From an uncultured Ruminococcus sp. (lineage in GTDB: Bacteria > Bacillota > Clostridia > UBA1212), in NCBI GenBank assembly GCA_902782645.1, contig CACZNV010000034.1:1-41500 (forward strand): a DNA stretch of 41,500 nucleotides, given 5' to 3'. The position numbers and the translations under genes were made by a program. Each line of letters begins with the position of its first letter. The first letter of the stretch is position 1. The notes beneath the pieces are model-generated. The model did not search any database, had not been told where the DNA came from, and was given only the letters and a program-made list of their open reading frames with translations. Of the stretch, positions 36,167 to 41,500 are shown one piece after another.

Positions 36167-38434
36167 ATGAGTCTGTACTTTTTACGGTTGGGTATACTCT
36201 GCCTGTGCGGCGCCTGCCTGGGCATTTCATCCCGTTTTTTTAACACAGAAGAGATAATCTCCAACCACCCTCTGTTCGCAGCGACGCTAATGATGGACGC
36301 CGTCATTTTTATCGTTGCCGTCATAATGCTTGTATTGATTCTCAGAGCCAGAAAACATCCGGAGAAGTACGGGGCGGATGCACAAATATCCGCCGACAAA
36401 TTCGCCAAGGTAATGATTCTGTTAGTCCTGTCATTAGGGTCTGCGGCTCTGTGCATTTGGCTGGGACGTTTGGTCCTGGCGGACAGATTTGTATTGGCGT
36501 GTCGGATTATGTCCCTTTCGCTGGCAGGCCTGGCGGTTTCGGTATTTTTGGTTGAGAGAATAATTGGCGGTGTACAGGAAAAAAAGATGTCCCGCATGAG
36601 CGTTCGCGAGATTCAGCAGTACGTTCTGAATCACCGTGATGAGGCAGAAAAGAAGTTTGCCGAAAAAGAGAAGCTGCTGTGCAGGATGAACCGTCTCTTC
36701 GACTTGCAGGATCTGCTCATTGCTCTGATCGGCGCAGGCGCGGCCTTTTTGTTCGGCGGAGTGGGTCCGGTCTGGGACTGGTTCTATGTTCCTTTCGGTA
36801 TTTTGTGCGCGGCGCTTATACTCTCCTCCCTTTTCAGCGTCAGGCTGCCCTTTTCCCGTAAGGCGAGACCGAAGGATGATTCAGTCCTAAAAAAAGCGGA
36901 TTTCCCCGAACTGTTCGCAACCGCCGAGCGGGCAATGGAAGCTCTCGGTGTGAAGGGGAATTTTGATATTAACGTTGTGGACGGAGCAGGTGCGGGCATT
37001 GAGCATTCAGGCGATTATTATATACTTCAACTCGGGCAAATTTTGTTGTCCATTCTTTCAAAAGAGGAATTGTTTAACGTTCTGCTGCACGAGTTTGCCC
37101 ACGTGACCGGTAAAAATTCGAAAGTCAACCGCCTTGCAGAGTTAAAGATACGTTTTGCAGAACCGAAAGGAGTGCCTTTTGCGGACTTGCTGTTCCGCAA
37201 CACACACACTTTATATCCCTTCTTTTTCTTTCACCACCAAATGTATATCTTTGCAGGCTCCCTTGCGCTGGAATACGCATCTGACCTGGCAGCCGCGGAG
37301 CACGGAAATGCGAAAGCTTTTATCTCTGCGCTTTTCAAGATGAAATATTATGAGTTTTACGCCTGGGAATACACGGCTTACGATCATCCGCCGCTGTTTG
37401 CCGCAAAGACGCCTGAGGAAGTTGCCGCCGCAACAGACGATGTGCAGCTTTTCCTGTCCAGACTGGCTGAAAGGAAGTCATTCTGGCATGAGCTGATTCT
37501 GAAGGAGCTGCCCGGACGAACCGATTCCCACCCTACTGCTCGGATGAGGGCAGAAGCGCTGGGTCTTGCGGATACGGATATCCTTTCTGCGGACCATGAC
37601 GAGTCCTATGCCCGGGAGGTGGAGCAGGCGGTGGCTCATTTCAGGAAACAGTTCATTGATTCCCTCAGCCCCCAATTCAAATCACTGCGGAAAGAATACT
37701 ACTTAGATTACATGGAGCGGGTTGCAAACTGGGACAACGAGGGAAAGCCGCTGGACCCCATAAACTATCCGGACACCCTTGGCGATCTCAAAGCTTTGGG
37801 CAGGATTACGGATGCACTGGAGCTGTGCGACCGTGCTCTTAAGGAGACTGAAATACCGACCCAGGGGCACGCCGCATGCTTTGTCAAAGGAACTCTTCTC
37901 CTGCACAGGTTTGATGAGGCCGGCGTGGAACTGCTCTACAAAGCAATTGAAAACAACACAAACTACATCGATGAAGGGTTGCCTGTCCTGGGCTACTATT
38001 TCTGTCAAACGGGCAGAACAGAGGAGCTGGAAGAATACCGGGAAAAGGCGCTGAAAAAAACCGAAGAACAAAGTGATTTATACAGCAAGATGGAATATCT
38101 GGCTCCCGAAGACAATCTGGTGCCGGAGTCGCTTCCGGAGGGACGGCTGGACGACATTTTGAACTATATCAAAAGCATTTCCGACAACTGCGTTGCAGAG
38201 GTCTTTCTGGTACGCAAGGTCATCACAGACGAATTCTTCTGCAGCCCGTTTGTTATCCGGTTCAACAAGACGGCTCCGGAGGAGAAAAGGTTCAAGATAA
38301 TGCATCTGATTTTCAACTATCTGGATAACTGTCCCTACGACTGGCAATATGCCCTTTTCGATTATGATGAGGTTCCTAAAACCCATCAGGCAATCAAATC
38401 CGTGGAAGGCAGCTCTGTCTGCCGTTTTGAATGA
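36167..38434 (+). CDS. M48 family membrane metallopeptidase with helical C-terminal region
   Basis: Several TM helices, LSKEELFNVLLHEFAH, EYASD, SHP...R. Confidence 0.8.
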   Translation: MSLYFLRLGILCLCGACLGISSRFFNTEEIISNHPLFAATLMMDAVIFIVAVIMLVLILRARKHPEKYGADAQISADKFAKVMILLVLSLGSAALCIWLGRLVLADRFVLACRIMSLSLAGLAVSVFLVERIIGGVQEKKMSRMSVREIQQYVLNHRDEAEKKFAEKEKLLCRMNRLFDLQDLLIALIGAGAAFLFGGVGPVWDWFYVPFGILCAALILSSLFSVRLPFSRKARPKDDSVLKKADFPELFATAERAMEALGVKGNFDINVVDGAGAGIEHSGDYYILQLGQILLSILSKEELFNVLLHEFAHVTGKNSKVNRLAELKIRFAEPKGVPFADLLFRNTHTLYPFFFFHHQMYIFAGSLALEYASDLAAAEHGNAKAFISALFKMKYYEFYAWEYTAYDHPPLFAAKTPEEVAAATDDVQLFLSRLAERKSFWHELILKELPGRTDSHPTARMRAEALGLADTDILSADHDESYAREVEQAVAHFRKQFIDSLSPQFKSLRKEYYLDYMERVANWDNEGKPLDPINYPDTLGDLKALGRITDALELCDRALKETEIPTQGHAACFVKGTLLLHRFDEAGVELLYKAIENNTNYIDEGLPVLGYYFCQTGRTEELEEYREKALKKTEEQSDLYSKMEYLAPEDNLVPESLPEGRLDDILNYIKSISDNCVAEVFLVRKVITDEFFCSPFVIRFNKTAPEEKRFKIMHLIFNYLDNCPYDWQYALFDYDEVPKTHQAIKSVEGSSVCRFE

Positions 38435-38455
38435 AACACAGGGAAGGAGAAGAAT

Positions 38456-39694
38456 ATGAACACAAGGATGGACCGCAACAAGCTTAACATCGGAACCTAT
38501 ATTTTGAGGCCTTATGCACGAACCGAGCAGCATGTGAAAGACCTTGCCGGCTGCGGGATCGACTTTGTGGTCTGCGCAGATTACGACCTTCCCATGCTGG
38601 ATCTTTTCGAGAAATACGGTGTGGGCGCCGTGGTGACGGGAATTCTTCCCCACTGGTGGGGCGGCGACGGCGAGAATGCGGGAAACCTCCGCAAGGCCAT
38701 CTCCCGGGACGGCATTCTTGAAGCCGCCAATAAATTCAAGGACCACCCGGCAATATGGGGCATTGACATCGGCGATGAGCCCTCAGCTCTGGATTTTCCC
38801 TATTACGGCGAGCTTTTCGGCATTGTGAACACCCTGTTCCCGAAGCAGTTTCCCTACCTGAACCTCTACCCCAACTACGCCTCGGTCTCCCAAAACAGTG
38901 AAGACGAGACCACCTGCCAGCTGGGCACCAAAACCTACGACGAGCACATTCAAAAGTACTGCGAAAACGTTCCGGCAGATTATCTGAGCTACGATTTCTA
39001 CGTTTACTGCACCACTGTCCGCAAGGCCTATGAGAACCTGATTACAGTTGCCGATGCCTGCCGCCGCTCCGGCCGCTCCGTCTGGATCGTTCTCCAAGTC
39101 AACTCCCACGTGCCCCAGGGGTGGATTTCCGAAAACATGCTGAGGTTCCAGGCTTACAGCGCCATGGCCTTTGGCGTTGAGGCCATCACCTGGGCCTGCT
39201 ACACCGCCGGCTGGTGGTACAACCAGGTCCTCGACGAAAAGGGCGAAAAGACCGTCCAGTATGACCGCCTCCGCAACGTCAACGGCGAAATCCGCGCGAT
39301 GGCGCCCCTTTACATGAAGTACCTCTCCACCGCCACCCACTTTGTAGGGTTCGACACGGTCGCCGACATCGATGGCTCTTCGATCGTTTCCGTCAAATCA
39401 CTGAACACCGGTTATTTCCGCAATCTCAAAGCGGACGACGGCCTGCCGCTGGTGGTGGGCGAAATGAATTCGCGCGAAGGCGACGGCTCCAGGGCACTGT
39501 TCATTTTCGCGGCCGACGACTGGAAGGGCGAAAACAGGAAGCACCGCAGAGTCACGTTCGAGACAACCGGCGCCGCACCCGCCCTCTCCGCCTTCTGCCC
39601 CGAAGGCATCAAACAGCTGGACAGAAACCCCGACGGCAGCTATTCCTTCGACATCGACTCCAACGGCTGCTGCATGATAACAATAAGACCGTAA
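38456..39694 (+). CDS. Putative glycoside-hydrolase-like TIM-barrel protein
   Basis: HPAIWGIDIGDEP, YLNLYPNY, LSYDFY, WIVLQ and LRFQAYSAMAFG motifs. Adjacent to a GH36 gene. Confidence 0.55.
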   Translation: MNTRMDRNKLNIGTYILRPYARTEQHVKDLAGCGIDFVVCADYDLPMLDLFEKYGVGAVVTGILPHWWGGDGENAGNLRKAISRDGILEAANKFKDHPAIWGIDIGDEPSALDFPYYGELFGIVNTLFPKQFPYLNLYPNYASVSQNSEDETTCQLGTKTYDEHIQKYCENVPADYLSYDFYVYCTTVRKAYENLITVADACRRSGRSVWIVLQVNSHVPQGWISENMLRFQAYSAMAFGVEAITWACYTAGWWYNQVLDEKGEKTVQYDRLRNVNGEIRAMAPLYMKYLSTATHFVGFDTVADIDGSSIVSVKSLNTGYFRNLKADDGLPLVVGEMNSREGDGSRALFIFAADDWKGENRKHRRVTFETTGAAPALSAFCPEGIKQLDRNPDGSYSFDIDSNGCCMITIRP

Positions 39695-39714
39695 TTTCTG
39701 AGAGGTGCCGGAAT

Positions 39715-41500
39715 ATGAACAAAAACGCACTGAACGTTAAAGCGGGCCGCAGGCTTTTCGACGAGGTCGTCGCGAATCCCGCGCAGATGCCGTTTTCTTT
39801 TAAGTATGACGGAAAGACCTTCCGCGGGCTTGAGGCTCTCGCTCCCCGCAAAATGACGGTCGGCCGCGGAGGCGCCACAAACGTTATTTTCGACGCGAAA
39901 GTCGACGAAAACCTCTCTATCCGCGTGGACGCGACGTTCGTTCACGAATTCGGACAGTCGGAGTACACCGTTTATTTCGAAAACACGGGCAAAAAGCCCA
40001 CCGGCGTCATTTCGGCCGTCCGCTGCCTCGACACGGTTTTCGAGGGCAAAAATCCGCTCCTCCGCGGCAACATGGGCGACCACGACAACTGGTACGCGGA
40101 CTACGTTCACGACCTCGCGAACGGCGACCAATACTTCCGCTCGGACGGCGGCAGGGCGACGCACATAGTGTTCCCCTATTTCGACCTCGTGCACGGAAAC
40201 GGCGGCACGATGATTGCCCTCGGCTGGGCAGGCACCTGGGAGGCTCTTTTTTCTCCGGGCGACGGCAAAACACGCGTCTCGGCGGGAACGGACAACAGCC
40301 TGAACACCGTTCTGCTTCCCGGCGAGAAGATCCGCACAGGCCTTGTCGTGCTGCTCCCCTATAAAGGGCGGAACCGCGACGACGCCTCCAACCTCTGGCG
40401 CGCCTGGTTTATGAAGTACAATCTCCCGAAGGCCGACGCCGCAGGGAACCCCTTAAAGCCGCTCTCAACCGCGGGTTTCGCGAACGACACCGGCCTTCCC
40501 AACTCGGACGGCAGCATTTCAGAGCGGTATTTCACGTGGAAGCCCACGCTCGACAAGGTCGTTTCCGAGAAGATCGTTCCCGACTTCAGGTGGTTCGACG
40601 CCGGCTGGTACAGCGACCCCTCCGGGAAAACGGTCGAAGCCGACTGGTGGGGCACCGTGGGCAGCTGGGAGCTCGACCGCGAAAAGTGGCCGGGAAACAC
40701 CTTTGCCGAGTCAAACGAGGCCTGCCACAGGGCTGGAATGAAGGTCCTCTGCTGGTTCGAGCCCGAACGCGTCACGAACGTTCCCGAGCTCGTCAAAAAC
40801 TACGGTTACAAAGAGGAGTGGAGCATCGGCACCGGACTCGTCCGCACGAACAACCTCGGCGACCCCGACTGCCTGAAATGGACGCTCGGCCGCGTAACGA
40901 AAATGATGCTCGACCACAAGGTCGACATGTACCGCGAGGACAACAACAGCGACCCCGGCTTCGCCTGGCCCTACCGCGACGGCATCGAAGCGCAGCAGCT
41001 CGGTCTGCCCAGGTCGGGAATCACCGAAAACAAGTGCATCTGCGGCCACTACGCGCTCTGGGACGGCATTATCGACTTCTGCCGCCAAAACGGAAAGTGC
41101 ACCTTCGTGGACTCCTGCGCGTCCGGAGGCGGCCGTAACGACATCGAATCGATGCGGAGAGGCTTCCCTCTGATGCGCTCAGACTACGACAGAACGACGT
41201 CGTCAATGCGCCTCTCGCAGACCTCCACCCTGTGCCGCTGGCTTCCCTTCCACGGCTCGTCGACAAAAGAGACGGAGCACCAGCTTGAAGCGAGCAAAGG
41301 CGCGGGCTCCTCAGTCTACGTCGCCCGCGCCTCCTACCTTCCGATCTACAACTTCGGTGAGGCCTTCACACACAACAAATCACTCGATTTTGACCTGATG
41401 CGCCGAAACCTCAACGAGTGGAAATCCGTCCGCCACCTTCTGACTAAAGACATGTACGTGCTCACCCCCTGGCGCCACAACCTCGACCGCGGCCACTGGA
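39715..41500 (+). CDS. GH36-type alpha-galactosidase (3' end outside window)
   Basis: Not in the ORF track. Frame from ATG 39715 (RBS GAGGTG) carries WFDAGWY, WFEPE, YREDNN, DSCASGGGRND and RSDY. Confidence 0.85.
   Translation, partial: MNKNALNVKAGRRLFDEVVANPAQMPFSFKYDGKTFRGLEALAPRKMTVGRGGATNVIFDAKVDENLSIRVDATFVHEFGQSEYTVYFENTGKKPTGVISAVRCLDTVFEGKNPLLRGNMGDHDNWYADYVHDLANGDQYFRSDGGRATHIVFPYFDLVHGNGGTMIALGWAGTWEALFSPGDGKTRVSAGTDNSLNTVLLPGEKIRTGLVVLLPYKGRNRDDASNLWRAWFMKYNLPKADAAGNPLKPLSTAGFANDTGLPNSDGSISERYFTWKPTLDKVVSEKIVPDFRWFDAGWYSDPSGKTVEADWWGTVGSWELDREKWPGNTFAESNEACHRAGMKVLCWFEPERVTNVPELVKNYGYKEEWSIGTGLVRTNNLGDPDCLKWTLGRVTKMMLDHKVDMYREDNNSDPGFAWPYRDGIEAQQLGLPRSGITENKCICGHYALWDGIIDFCRQNGKCTFVDSCASGGGRNDIESMRRGFPLMRSDYDRTTSSMRLSQTSTLCRWLPFHGSSTKETEHQLEASKGAGSSVYVARASYLPIYNFGEAFTHNKSLDFDLMRRNLNEWKSVRHLLTKDMYVLTPWRHNLDRGHW

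Overview
Genomic segment typical of an anaerobic Firmicute (Clostridia-like). From left to right: (1) a GNAT fragment, an LMW phosphatase and a DUF3810 gene; (2) two convergent toxin-antitoxin-like pairs whose nucleotidyltransferase genes are both truncated, meeting at a 789-bp internally deleted IS21 element and a perfect 21-bp hairpin; (3) an AT-rich minus-strand biosynthetic cluster (about 4389-13745) encoding a radical SAM/SPASM enzyme, a 44-aa 7-Cys Ser-terminated precursor peptide that the ORF track misses (11698-11832), an ABC exporter, an HPr-kinase-like kinase, a nucleotidyltransferase, an acyl carrier protein, an FkbH-like enzyme and a BtrH-like/CBM-like protein, which together look like a hybrid RiPP pathway; (4) two ZIP transporter paralogs flanking a HigBA-type pair and a MITE-like repeat; (5) a large lipoprotein, yajC and tgt; (6) an XRE-ImmA/IrrE-PIN-like cassette; (7) two tandem giant prepilin-type proteins, the larger ending in five Listeria-Bacteroides repeats, a Hint domain and an 83-aa tail; (8) Cthe_2159-type, CBM9-like, PHP, M48 peptidase, GH-like and GH36 genes. 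The strongest novelty candidates are the rSAM/kinase/NTase/FkbH-ACP RiPP cluster and the pilin-Hint adhesin. All family calls come from motif recognition by eye; no searches were run.
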